Shown here: positions 20,037 to 29,825 of the stretch, in pieces | How positions within the stretch are numbered: position 1 is the stretch's first letter | How the letters are laid out: every line of letters starts with the position of its first letter | Origin: Candidatus Hodarchaeota archaeon | GTDB lineage: Archaea; Asgardarchaeota; Heimdallarchaeia; Hodarchaeales; Hodarchaeaceae | Length of the DNA stretch: 47,200 nucleotides | Assembly (NCBI GenBank): GCA_016839785.1 | Contig: JAEOTQ010000124.1 | Coordinates: 1-47,200, forward strand | Direction of reading: 5' to 3' | Notes under the pieces: model-generated | Told to the model about the DNA's origin: nothing | The model's database searches: none | The model's input: the letters and a program-made list of their open reading frames with translations, nothing else | Made by a program: the position numbers and the translations under genes

Positions 20037-20609
20037 ATGGCCAAAAAGGATTCTAAATCAAAGAAAAGCTTTGTCGATCGAATTAAAGACTCAAGCAAAG
20101 ATTTTGTTGACGGGGTAAAAGCAGAAATTGATGAAGTGGGGCAAACTTCGCAGTCGAAAGGAGGAACCTCTTCCTATGTAGGAAGAAAAAAGGAAGAATT
20201 CCGACAAACTGTAAATAGACGTGTGAGTGATACCAGTTCTCCTGAAACTGTTTATTATTCCACTACTGCTTGGTTTTGGGCAATGTTTTTCGTGATCATA
20301 ATATGTCTGTCCCTTTTCTTCTCTGGAATTATGTATCCTCGGTTTTTCTTAATGGGACTTCTCGCATTGATCGCTATGCCCTTTCTAGTAGTCTGGTGCT
20401 TAATCCATATGATTCCTACAATTCGAATATTTGGTTTTACGGTTTTTGATCGAAGTCAATTATCTCTAAGAAGACAGTTAACTGTTGGAAAGGAGATTGC
20501 ACGATTTTTCACTCGTGAATTCCTCCAAGAATCCCCTACATTCGCATTCATTTTGTTTATGTTTATACTCTTCTTTCTATTGTCTATTTTCTTTGCTTTC
20601 CTTCCTTAA
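20037..20609 (+). CDS. Hypothetical membrane protein (charged N-terminus, about 3 TM)
   Basis: Hydrophobic segments in the C-terminal half; directly follows the previous gene. Confidence 0.7.
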   Translation: MAKKDSKSKKSFVDRIKDSSKDFVDGVKAEIDEVGQTSQSKGGTSSYVGRKKEEFRQTVNRRVSDTSSPETVYYSTTAWFWAMFFVIIICLSLFFSGIMYPRFFLMGLLALIAMPFLVVWCLIHMIPTIRIFGFTVFDRSQLSLRRQLTVGKEIARFFTREFLQESPTFAFILFMFILFFLLSIFFAFLP

Positions 20610-20661
20610 ATGGATAGTAGGAGGCATGTTTTTGCCTCTACTTTCTTTCGGATTTCGAATT

Positions 20662-22374
20662 TTATAAACGATTAATAGAAGACTTTGGTTTAGCTAGTAA
20701 GTGAAGCAGCTCATCTTGAGAGGATATAATGCTAACATCTTTCTCATAACCATTAGAATAAACGGTTTTCTGTAAGTAATTCCCAAAACCATCTTCGGCA
20801 TGTATGATTATATGGTCAATATCATTCGCAGTAATCTGTGGAACATATCGATTTATAACACTCGCATCCCATAATACTCGTCCGTAGGAGTTATTTCCCC
20901 AGAAGATTGGATTTTTCATAACTGAAAAATCAAGTTTCTCTCTATTCTTCAAATATACACTTGCATTTACCATAAACACATTTGATAAAGTGTCTTCGAC
21001 CGTGAATCGAAGAAATGTGTGGTGTAAAAGCTGAGGGGAATTTAAATTCCAGCTTTGATTGATAACTCGGGTTTCTATGGTAATGTCAGAGATAGTTGGT
21101 GGAAGCTGGTCAATTATGGGTATATCACGCCAAATTGTGATTTTTTGCGAAGAAGATTTAGGATGTACCTCTAATAATAATTCTTGGGAGTCCTGATATT
21201 CTCGGATCGAATATTGAGAGGAGAATTTTTCCATTATTTGAGGGAAAGGATTATCCCATGATTTTGGAATCAGGATCGCAACCGTTAAAGGAGTTTTGTA
21301 TATTTCAGTATCAAGCTTGGGTGTTGAAAATTCAAACTCAAGCCTATTGTCAAAGTAACTAATAGACGAAAATTCAACGTAGTGTTTTTCGATTTCATAA
21401 GCAACTAACTCACCCCAGGAAGTATACCATACATCAGGCCATCCAGCAATTTTTGAAATTTCATTTTCGTATTTTACAAAATCTGTAACACCATATGAAA
21501 TACCAGAAGGATTGGTATGTCCATATCCCTTGAAAACCTCATATCCTTCAGAGTGGTAAATTTTCTTTAGAATTGGTTCAATTTTTTGTAAATTGTTGTC
21601 ATCTATTCCATCTGTATTTATGGTTGTTCCAGCTAACGGCCACGATGATGGAGGCCATGAGGTACCTTCAGCGCTAATTGTACGACCTAGATCAAAGTAT
21701 TGTTGGACATAAGTTGACCCTCCAGTATCACCATAAGGGTAAGCAAATACTATTGGGGTAAATCCAAACAGATCTTCTATACCAGTACGTCCCCATTCTA
21801 TGAGAAGTTCTTTTTCACGAGAATCAAATTGTGATAGATGAACATGTTTTCCACAATGCGATTGAACATCATAACCTTGAAATAACTCATCTAATAAGAA
21901 CGCATTACGCCAGTATGATCGGTTAGGATAACTCCGGTAAGAAGGTGCAAAGATCGTATGAGAAATTCCGTATTTTTGATCAATTGGGGACAAAAATACA
22001 TCAGTTAATCTCGCATCATCCCATGAGAGGACAAAAGTTGTATTGCAGTCCTGTGAAAAATGAGTAATTCTAGGCTTTTTGGGAAATTGGCGAAAATTAG
22101 GACTACCAATTGGTGGGGGATCAACGATGGTACTTTGCATTAAGCCTAGAATAAGTGAAATATTGACAAGAAGTAGTAGTAATCCCCCTAGTTTCTTTTT
22201 ATTTAGGATTGTGAGGAGATTTTTTTTCTGTGTTGATTTTAGATTATGAATTCTGCAGTTAAATTGGTCAATCTGAATGTACCTCACGATAAACACCTTA
22301 ATAATGGGATCAAAAGTCATTTGAGCCCAAAATAAGAATAGAAATATCGTTTTTAAGACGATACAATCGAACAA
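20662..22374 (-). CDS. Membrane-anchored polysaccharide deacetylase (NodB/CE4-like) with C-terminal beta domains
   Basis: LSWDDA, QSHCGKHVHL, FAYPYG, YGH motifs; TM after KKK; true start probably downstream of 22374. Confidence 0.75.
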   Translation of the reverse strand: MFDCIVLKTIFLFLFWAQMTFDPIIKVFIVRYIQIDQFNCRIHNLKSTQKKNLLTILNKKKLGGLLLLLVNISLILGLMQSTIVDPPPIGSPNFRQFPKKPRITHFSQDCNTTFVLSWDDARLTDVFLSPIDQKYGISHTIFAPSYRSYPNRSYWRNAFLLDELFQGYDVQSHCGKHVHLSQFDSREKELLIEWGRTGIEDLFGFTPIVFAYPYGDTGGSTYVQQYFDLGRTISAEGTSWPPSSWPLAGTTINTDGIDDNNLQKIEPILKKIYHSEGYEVFKGYGHTNPSGISYGVTDFVKYENEISKIAGWPDVWYTSWGELVAYEIEKHYVEFSSISYFDNRLEFEFSTPKLDTEIYKTPLTVAILIPKSWDNPFPQIMEKFSSQYSIREYQDSQELLLEVHPKSSSQKITIWRDIPIIDQLPPTISDITIETRVINQSWNLNSPQLLHHTFLRFTVEDTLSNVFMVNASVYLKNREKLDFSVMKNPIFWGNNSYGRVLWDASVINRYVPQITANDIDHIIIHAEDGFGNYLQKTVYSNGYEKDVSIISSQDELLHLLAKPKSSINRL

Positions 22375-22409
22375 GGCATTTTCATTTACAAACAGACTGT
22401 TTTCATTCC

Positions 22410-22424
22410 AGAACAGAGTGTTCT
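22410..22424. promoter_or_regulatory. Palindromic operator candidate AGAACA-GAG-TGTTCT
   Basis: Perfect 6-3-6 inverted repeat upstream of the deacetylase; sister site at 23808-23820. Confidence 0.5.
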
Positions 22425-22528
22425 AAGTTTTAGATGGCCTGTACATTTTTTAGAACAATATTAGAGGATGAGAATAAACTGTGGGATCGAGTCTAGAGGA
22501 GTAGTCAAATTGTGAGAATATCCGAATT

Positions 22529-22978
22529 CTACAATGGTTTCATTTTGTAAGTTCTTATGGCTTCAAAGCAAAAGATTATCGAGATACTGCTGTTAAACAC
22601 TAGAAAAAGGAGATCTTCTAGTCGTAGGGGGGTATTTCGAGAGAGGATTAGTATTAGAGTTAAGATAAAAAATGTTAGGGAGAAAGAAAGGTAAAATGCC
22701 ATCCTAGGAATTAAGAGGCCTCCAAATTTTACATAGAGCCCCAGAACACCTGTTTTCACTTCCTCTTTAATCAAATATTTATCGGTCTTGATATTCTGTG
22801 AAACTAAGCCAGCAGTAACAAGCTTGTTCATATGGTAAGAAACCGTGGATGATGATGGGATATTCAACTGCTTTTGAATTTCCCTAATTCCAGACTGACC
22901 ATGTGATAACAGATACCAGTAGATCTGAAGGGTTTTACCCTTTAATAACTCCTCTGCTACCGAATTATTTGAATTCAT
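22529..22978 (-). CDS. Winged-HTH transcription factor with two C-terminal TM helices
   Basis: GIREIQKQLNIPSSSTVSYHMNKLVTAGLV HTH followed by two hydrophobic segments. Confidence 0.85.
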   Translation of the reverse strand: MNSNNSVAEELLKGKTLQIYWYLLSHGQSGIREIQKQLNIPSSSTVSYHMNKLVTAGLVSQNIKTDKYLIKEEVKTGVLGLYVKFGGLLIPRMAFYLSFSLTFFILTLILILSRNTPLRLEDLLFLVFNSSISIIFCFEAIRTYKMKPL

Positions 22979-23032
22979 CTATTCTCATCACTCAGAAGTA
23001 ATCTAGGGTAAACCATATTCTGTTTCTGTGTT

Positions 23033-23737
23033 TTACACTGGAAAGATTGAAAAAATTAATTCTTCCAGAGAATTTAGACCGTCATAAATGTTGTTGGAAT
23101 CAATAATATCCAGAAATTGCATATTATGAAGATTATAAGAAAATTTCACAATCTGAACTCCCCAAATGAGATGTTCGGTCTGTTCCCATATCCCTTGAAT
23201 GAATCCAAAAACCATTTTTTCTTTTGAAAAAGCTAAGCTAAATGTTGTTCCATCTTCATAGGCAAGATCCATCAGGAATGTAGGTGGGATTATATCATCA
23301 AGAGTCGTAACTCCTTTACTAATATTATCAAGTGCAAGTATAGAGGATCGGAACTCAGCCATGACATGATTAAGTTGTGAACGGTCAATTGGGGTGATAG
23401 CTGCACTTGGTTCATTGAGTAATGCCATAGAAAACGTACCATTAAGTGATCCTACGAGAAGCCCATCAATAAACCGTGAATAATGCGTTGAGATATTTAA
23501 ATTCAACCAGGTATTATTATAAATCCATAAATAGCTAATATTAGCCTCTTTACTTTCCATTTGTTTTGCGATCGCACTTCCCATAGTGTTTTCAACTATA
23601 GGGATAATAGAGGGCTCTGTAGGAGCTAAAAATGAATAATAAATGCTTGAGATTGCCACAAAGAGAAGAATACCTGTCATTCCTCCAGCAAATATACCGA
23701 TCAAGCCATGTTTTTTAAATGAACCATTTAGAACCAT
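23033..23737 (-). CDS. Single-TM anchored extracellular hypothetical protein
   Basis: N-terminal hydrophobic segment, several N-x-S/T sequons. Confidence 0.7.
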   Translation of the reverse strand: MVLNGSFKKHGLIGIFAGGMTGILLFVAISSIYYSFLAPTEPSIIPIVENTMGSAIAKQMESKEANISYLWIYNNTWLNLNISTHYSRFIDGLLVGSLNGTFSMALLNEPSAAITPIDRSQLNHVMAEFRSSILALDNISKGVTTLDDIIPPTFLMDLAYEDGTTFSLAFSKEKMVFGFIQGIWEQTEHLIWGVQIVKFSYNLHNMQFLDIIDSNNIYDGLNSLEELIFSIFPV

Positions 23738-23807
23738 TTTAACACCCTTGGAATATCAGGATTCCAAGAAAGATAAGCGAAAACTCATCTTAAATACGTA
23801 TACCTTG

Positions 23808-23820
23808 GAACAGCGTGTTC
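23808..23820. promoter_or_regulatory. Palindromic operator candidate GAACA-GCG-TGTTC
   Basis: Same GAACA-N3-TGTTC core as 22410-22424, about 70 nt upstream of the 23737 start. Confidence 0.5.
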
Positions 23821-23998
23821 GTAAATACAAACATACCTTTGAGAGTAAATTTTTGACAATGAAATGTGAATTTGAGGTTACGAGAATAGAGAAAAATTTG
23901 CCTTGAGGAAAAAGAATAATAATCGACTTAATTCGAAAGGGAAACTATAAGGAAACTCTGAAATCAAAGGAAAACAACACTAAGATTATATTTAGGAT

Positions 23999-25441
23999 GT
24001 GGAAACCATCGAAGACGTACTTGAATTTGCAGTGAATGAGGGTGAAAAAGCGGGAGCGGATTTTGTTGAAGCTCGATTTGAGGATTTAAAATTACATACC
24101 CTGATTCGTGAAAAAGACACAATGAAAGATGTTCTAAGCTCACGTCGACGCGGAATTGGAATTACAACTTATTACAAAGGAGTCCAAGGATTTAGCTATA
24201 CAGCTGCCCTTTCACAACCAGATGTACAGGAAACAGTGTTAAGAGCTGTAAAAATTGCCAAAGCCTCTGAACCTACAGCACGATTACGTTTACCTTTTGA
24301 AAAAGACGGAAAATTACCAGATATTCGGACTCCACTCGAATTTAAAGTCAACAAACACCCAATGAAGTATAGTTTAGCTTATAAAAAGGATTTAGTGGAT
24401 AGAGCTTCAAGCACTGCTTTATCCTATGATTCTCCGAAAGCAAACTCAATTATTGGAAGATATGGTGAATTGAGTGGAATTAAAATGCTCTATACCTCGG
24501 AAAATAGGTTGGTAAGCTATAAACCCATCATTACTGATTTGCGAATGACAGTCATTGTGAAGGATCCAAAAACAGGTGAGTTACTAAGAGCAGGAGATGG
24601 CTATGGTGGGGCCTACGGATTAGATAGATGGGAACAGAAGGGAAGAACTCCTGAAGAAATTGCTACAAACGCATATAATTGGGCTGTAGAGAAATGTGAT
24701 GCGAAAAAACCTCCTGCAGGAAAACATCGTGTACTTACGGATCCAGACCTTACCGCTGTACTTGCACATGAATCTTTCGGACATCTAACAGAAGCAGATG
24801 GAGTAGTAGAGAAATCTAGCCCTCTCACGGGAAAAATTGGTCAACAGATCGCTAATGAGGGTATCAATGTTATCGACAGAGGTATAAATCCTGGTGAGGG
24901 AGGACTGTGGTTGCCTTTCGACGATCAAGGAGTTCCTACTGCAAACACGAATCTTGTTGAAAATGGTGTCCTGAAATCATATTTACATAACAGAGGAACT
25001 GAACAGGCAGTACCAGACTCAGGTGGACTAAGCGGGAATGCTAGAGCTTTGAACTATCGATTTTCTCCAATCCCCAGAATGAAAAACACAATATTTCTTC
25101 CTGGTGATGTGAAAACAGAGGAAGAAATGCTGGAATTATTAGGAACAGGTATTTACTCTATTGACACTTCCGGTGGCTCTGTATCAATGTCAAACTTCCA
25201 ATTCTTCGCTTTACGAGGTTATTGGGTTGAAAATGGCGAGAAAAAGTACCCACTTCGAGATCATTTACTAACAGGAAATATCCTACAGTGTCTTTTACAG
25301 GTCGAGGCATTAAGTCAAAAGACAGTCCTATTATCAGGCTACTTTGGTGGTTGTGGTAAGGGCGGACAAAATGGTTTATCAGTTGGTATGGGAGCTCCTC
25401 ATATGCTCTTCTCAGAAATTCAAGTTGGAGGAGAAAGCTGA
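23999..25441 (+). CDS. tldD: TldD family metalloprotease subunit
   Basis: HESFGHLTEAD metal motif, FDDQG, GNARA..PIPRMKNT, CGKGGQ. Confidence 0.9.
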   Translation: METIEDVLEFAVNEGEKAGADFVEARFEDLKLHTLIREKDTMKDVLSSRRRGIGITTYYKGVQGFSYTAALSQPDVQETVLRAVKIAKASEPTARLRLPFEKDGKLPDIRTPLEFKVNKHPMKYSLAYKKDLVDRASSTALSYDSPKANSIIGRYGELSGIKMLYTSENRLVSYKPIITDLRMTVIVKDPKTGELLRAGDGYGGAYGLDRWEQKGRTPEEIATNAYNWAVEKCDAKKPPAGKHRVLTDPDLTAVLAHESFGHLTEADGVVEKSSPLTGKIGQQIANEGINVIDRGINPGEGGLWLPFDDQGVPTANTNLVENGVLKSYLHNRGTEQAVPDSGGLSGNARALNYRFSPIPRMKNTIFLPGDVKTEEEMLELLGTGIYSIDTSGGSVSMSNFQFFALRGYWVENGEKKYPLRDHLLTGNILQCLLQVEALSQKTVLLSGYFGGCGKGGQNGLSVGMGAPHMLFSEIQVGGES

Positions 25442-25462
25442 AGCAGTTCTGGATGTGACTCT

Positions 25463-26854
25463 ATGGGTAAAGTTGAATTTGAAGATATTAAAGGGTATTT
25501 ACAGGGTCTTGCTGATGATACAATAAAATACGGAGTGTCCAAATATCCAGGAATGGAGATAGAATCTTACCTCATGTATGGATATGAGAGTGAGATTAGT
25601 ATTGAAGGTGGCCTCCCTAAGGCTCTTGATGGCTTTGGTGGGGGAATTGGGGTACGTATCGCAGATAAAAAATGCGTTGGATTTGCCTCCTCTTCTGGTT
25701 TGACTAAGGAAAGTCTATTTGATACTGTAGATGATGCTGTTGCGACGATGCAGGCTATAAATGCAACTGATGAAAAATTTCATGGATTTGCGGATCCTGT
25801 TAAACGTCATTCCGTTGATGGTGATTTCTACAAACCTATACTTGATTTAACTTCAGCTGAACTTATTCAAATGGTAAATCAGATTACTTCTGAAGCACGA
25901 GAAGTCGATAAACGTATTGCAACAATTATGGGTAATACAGGAATAGCATATGGAGGATTCGCGGTTGCTAATAACAGGGGAATCAACAATGCGAGTACTT
26001 CAGTGGCCTCTTTCATTGTTATTCAATGTATTGCACAAGAAGCTGGTTCAGATAAGCGTAAAATTGGTTTTGAATTTGATGTCAGTCGTTCAAGAGAACT
26101 TAAATGGGATGGGCTTGCTGAAAAAGCAGCGACTCATGCCGTAAATCTCTTGGAAACCAAGAAGTTAAATAAATCCGAACCACTACCAACGGTCTGGGAA
26201 CCTCGTATTAGCTCCACATATATTATGAGTAGCCTTTCACCTGCATTAAATGGACGTATGGTTGTAGAAGGAAGATCTCGATTTGCTGATCGAATTGGTG
26301 AAGAAATCACGTTAAAAGAATTCTCGTTATACGACGACGGACAAATACCTGAAGGTCTTAGTACCTCAGCTTTCGATGCAGAAGGAATTCCTACCCAAAA
26401 GACTTCCTTAATCGAGAAAGGTGTTTTGAAAAATTTCCTTTTTGATTCCTACTATTCTCGTGTATTCGGGACAGAAAGTACTGCTAACGCCTCGCGTAGC
26501 GGCCAGGGTTTTACTTCTACTCCACAAATCGGAGTTACAACACTTATTGTCCCAGAAGGATCTAAAAATGTTGAAACAGCCATTAACGAAATATCTGAGG
26601 GAATCTTCATGCAAGATTATGTCATGGGACTAGGGCATTCCGATCCAATAAGCGGGGATTTTTCTGCCGTTGCACCTCAATCGTTATATATCAAGGATGG
26701 CGAAATTGCGGGGTCCTTGGATCCTGTTACAATTGGAGGCAATTTCTACAAGGGACTGAATGAGATCCGCCATCTGTGTACTGATGCCATTCTGACTCCT
26801 TGGAATATAAAAATTCCTACCGTGGTTATTGACGGGTTTACTGTCTCAGGGTAA
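25463..26854 (+). CDS. pmbA: PmbA/TldE family partner subunit
   Basis: FDAEG, LIEKGVLKNFL, SGDFS; no HExxxH; adjacent to tldD. Confidence 0.88.
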   Translation: MGKVEFEDIKGYLQGLADDTIKYGVSKYPGMEIESYLMYGYESEISIEGGLPKALDGFGGGIGVRIADKKCVGFASSSGLTKESLFDTVDDAVATMQAINATDEKFHGFADPVKRHSVDGDFYKPILDLTSAELIQMVNQITSEAREVDKRIATIMGNTGIAYGGFAVANNRGINNASTSVASFIVIQCIAQEAGSDKRKIGFEFDVSRSRELKWDGLAEKAATHAVNLLETKKLNKSEPLPTVWEPRISSTYIMSSLSPALNGRMVVEGRSRFADRIGEEITLKEFSLYDDGQIPEGLSTSAFDAEGIPTQKTSLIEKGVLKNFLFDSYYSRVFGTESTANASRSGQGFTSTPQIGVTTLIVPEGSKNVETAINEISEGIFMQDYVMGLGHSDPISGDFSAVAPQSLYIKDGEIAGSLDPVTIGGNFYKGLNEIRHLCTDAILTPWNIKIPTVVIDGFTVSG

Positions 26855-26876
26855 CCCCCTTTCTTTTCATTTTTTT
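26855..26876 (+). terminator. T-rich terminator after pmbA
   Basis: CCCCCTTTCTTTTCATTTTTT directly after the stop codon. Confidence 0.45.
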
Positions 26877-26910
26877 AAGGTGTTACAACAAATTTTAGGA
26901 TTGTGAAGAG

Positions 26911-27786
26911 CTGACAACTGAAACCGAGACGAAAACCATTAGTATTGAACACCCTCTCCTGACTGGTGTAATTTTAACGATTATTTATGGTTTTGTAGTA
27001 TATTTACCTGATTTTCTGGATTTAGAGAATGTAGTCTTTTCAGATCCTACCCCGTTTGAAAGAATACTTTTCGAATTTATCGTGAGATTTACATTAAGTG
27101 GAGTGTTATGGTTAATCATACTTCCTACTGTTTTGTATCTAATGAAAGATACCTCTCCACGAGATTTTGTTGATTTAATTCGACTAAATTCAGGCCAAAT
27201 TACAAGTAGAACCATTCTAACGGGATTAACTATAAGTATTTCATTTTTCATTAGTGTAGTGTTAACTGCGATACTTTTAGGTGTCTATACTTCTGATTTT
27301 TACCTTTTAACCTCCCCAGATTATGAAAATGGATTGGGGTGGTTTATTTTTATTTTTGCACTAATCCCAGGAATTTGGGAAGAAGTCGTGTTCCGTGGGA
27401 TAATTTTCACATTTCTTGTAGCAAAGTGTTCAGTAAGAAAAGCAATATTATTTGATGCCCTCTTGTTTTCATTCTTTCATATTTTCAACTATATACTTTT
27501 AGATCAAGATTTACTTTCTGTACTTCTCCAATCTATTGCTGCCATACCTGTGGGAATATCATTGGCATATTTAGTACTAAGTAGGGATAGCATTCTCCCC
27601 GCAATTATGGTTCACTATTCTATTGATGTTACTCTCTTTATTTGCGGGTTTATTTTTAATTTGAGTAACGATAATTCAGCATCAATCTTTGCTCTTGTCT
27701 CCCTCCTTATTCTCCCTCCTCTACTCATTATTCTTTTTACACGGATACTCGAGAATAAAGATTTAGATGAATCTACAAATTTTTGA
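26911..27786 (+). CDS. CPBP/Abi (CAAX-like) intramembrane metalloprotease
   Basis: WEEVVFRG, FSFFH, AIMVHYSID motifs; frame is open upstream of GTG 27082 to a CTG at 26911, adding a TM-like segment. Confidence 0.85.
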   Translation: MTTETETKTISIEHPLLTGVILTIIYGFVVYLPDFLDLENVVFSDPTPFERILFEFIVRFTLSGVLWLIILPTVLYLMKDTSPRDFVDLIRLNSGQITSRTILTGLTISISFFISVVLTAILLGVYTSDFYLLTSPDYENGLGWFIFIFALIPGIWEEVVFRGIIFTFLVAKCSVRKAILFDALLFSFFHIFNYILLDQDLLSVLLQSIAAIPVGISLAYLVLSRDSILPAIMVHYSIDVTLFICGFIFNLSNDNSASIFALVSLLILPPLLIILFTRILENKDLDESTNF

Positions 27787-27980
27787 ATGGATAATATGAA
27801 TAGAATAGCTCTATTGTAGTTTTTGGAGCCTGAACAAATTATTTAGATGTTAGAACGTTTACAAACCGAGGAAAGGTTAATATACTCCTTTTTAGTGATA
27901 ATTCCCTTTACTATATGGTCTAAAAAAAAATAACTAGCCTAAATAATCTTGATGAGTCTTCCCCATTGTAATCGAAAAAA

Positions 27981-29825
27981 TTACTGTGTAGCAGAAATCA
28001 CAGTTTTTTCTTCAAGTTTTATTTCTTGAAGAGAACCTTGATGGGCATAATAGTTAAAGTAAAGCTTTCGATAAGGCCCTTTGCGATTTATCAATTCTGC
28101 ATGCGTACCTTCTTCCACAATCTTCCCATCGTCTAGGACTAATATTCTATCAGCATTTAGGATAGTGCTCAGTCTATGAGCAATGACAATTGTGGTTCGA
28201 TTTGAAAAAACAGTTTTTAGCGCCTTTTGGATCATATACTCAGTATAGGCATCGACAGATGCGGTTGCTTCATCAAGTAAGAGAATACGAGGATCTTTTA
28301 AGAGAATACGTGCTAAAGAGAGAAGTTGTCGTTGACCTTGAGATAATCCTCTACCTCTTTCACGAATAGGAGTATCTAGACCTTTTGGTAATAACTTGAT
28401 AAACGAATCAGCATTCACGGCATGTAAAGCCCATTGAAGTTGATCTTCGGAAGCATTAGGAGAACCTAACATTATATTCTCTCGAATAGTCCCTGAAAAG
28501 AGGAAGGGTTCTTGTAGCACAAAACCAATTTGGTCACGTAGGCTATCAGCTTCTAAATGTTTTAAACACCATTTTCCATCTAATACAATTTCTCCGTCAT
28601 TATACTCATAAAATCTGGCAAGGAGGGATGCAATTGTAGTTTTACCTGCTCCAGTTGGACCTACGATAGCCAAAGTTTGGCCTGCGGGTATTTTCAGATC
28701 AAAGTTTGTCAAAATAGGTTCATCTTTCTTGTACTCGAATTTTACATTTTGAAATTCAATATCTCCATTGAGAGGTGGTGTGGGCAATTGATCTTGCGAA
28801 TACATTCCGAGGGGAACATCCATCAATGAGAAAATTCGTTCTCCTGCAGCAAATCCACCTTGTAAAGTTGCGTAAAAAGTCGATAGAGCAATGAGAGGTT
28901 GGAATAAGCGTCTCAAGTAAGTAATGAAGAGATAAAGCAAACTGGCAGTTAATACACCAGAGAGGATAGAATTACCTCCTGCAAGTAGAAGAATGAATAA
29001 ACCAATTGCTGCAATCAAATCAAACAATGGGCCAACAACACGAAAGAGAGTGGCCTGACGAATATTTACTCTCACTTTCTCGTGTTGTAGTTTACCAAAA
29101 TTATCGAGAACTGTCTTTTCTTGGCCAAAGGATTTTGTGATTTGTATACCCGATATCTGCTCCTCAACAAAAGAATTCAGAGTAGCTTCGGCCCGTCGTT
29201 GAAGAAGTGAAGCTCCACGGAAGACAGACCTGAAGGCATAAATGGTTCCAAACAAAATCGGAAAAATGATCAATGAAATTAATGTTAATTGCCATTGGAG
29301 TAAAAACATTGTCCCTAAGATAAGGGTGGCCCGTAGAATCACGGAACCTAAATCTATCATGGAAGTCAAAACGCCTCCAAGGGAAAATGTATCCCCTGAG
29401 ATTCGAGACATAATCTTCCCAGTTTTATTTTGATCAAAAAAGGCTATTTCATGTTTATTAACCCTGGAAAATATATCTCGACGTAAATCGTAGGTAACGT
29501 GAGATTGTAGTTTCTGACTATTCACAGTTGAAATGTAGGTTAATATCCATTCAAGGGAGAGAAGAACTAGATACCCTACAGTAGCTAAGATAATAATTGT
29601 AAAATCTCTTTCCTCAGGTTCCTTGAAGAGTTGATCTAGGCCAACTGCTAGTCCTAATGGAACAATAATCGAAGTTAAAGCACTAAGAAGAGAGAAGACT
29701 ATGACTGGTATTAAGTACTTTCGATGGTTTGAAAGATATGGTAATACCCGACGGATGATTTGCCGTTCAGTATACTGTTTATCCCATTTGGCTGCATTCA
29801 GTGCGCCATATAAGTGCCATGCCAT
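27981..29825 (-). CDS. ABC exporter subunit (TMD+NBD) carrying the consensus catalytic Glu
   Basis: GPTGAGKT, LSQGQRQ, LLLDEATASVD, IAHRL. Confidence 0.92.
   Translation of the reverse strand: MAWHLYGALNAAKWDKQYTERQIIRRVLPYLSNHRKYLIPVIVFSLLSALTSIIVPLGLAVGLDQLFKEPEERDFTIIILATVGYLVLLSLEWILTYISTVNSQKLQSHVTYDLRRDIFSRVNKHEIAFFDQNKTGKIMSRISGDTFSLGGVLTSMIDLGSVILRATLILGTMFLLQWQLTLISLIIFPILFGTIYAFRSVFRGASLLQRRAEATLNSFVEEQISGIQITKSFGQEKTVLDNFGKLQHEKVRVNIRQATLFRVVGPLFDLIAAIGLFILLLAGGNSILSGVLTASLLYLFITYLRRLFQPLIALSTFYATLQGGFAAGERIFSLMDVPLGMYSQDQLPTPPLNGDIEFQNVKFEYKKDEPILTNFDLKIPAGQTLAIVGPTGAGKTTIASLLARFYEYNDGEIVLDGKWCLKHLEADSLRDQIGFVLQEPFLFSGTIRENIMLGSPNASEDQLQWALHAVNADSFIKLLPKGLDTPIRERGRGLSQGQRQLLSLARILLKDPRILLLDEATASVDAYTEYMIQKALKTVFSNRTTIVIAHRLSTILNADRILVLDDGKIVEEGTHAELINRKGPYRKLYFNYYAHQGSLQEIKLEEKTVISATQ

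Noticed and set aside
22410-22424. Exact match to the glucocorticoid response element consensus AGAACAnnnTGTTCT, and resemblance to the Gram-positive LexA box
   Set aside because: Coincidental: no nuclear receptor context, and the spacer differs from GAAC-N4-GTTC; kept only as a local operator candidate
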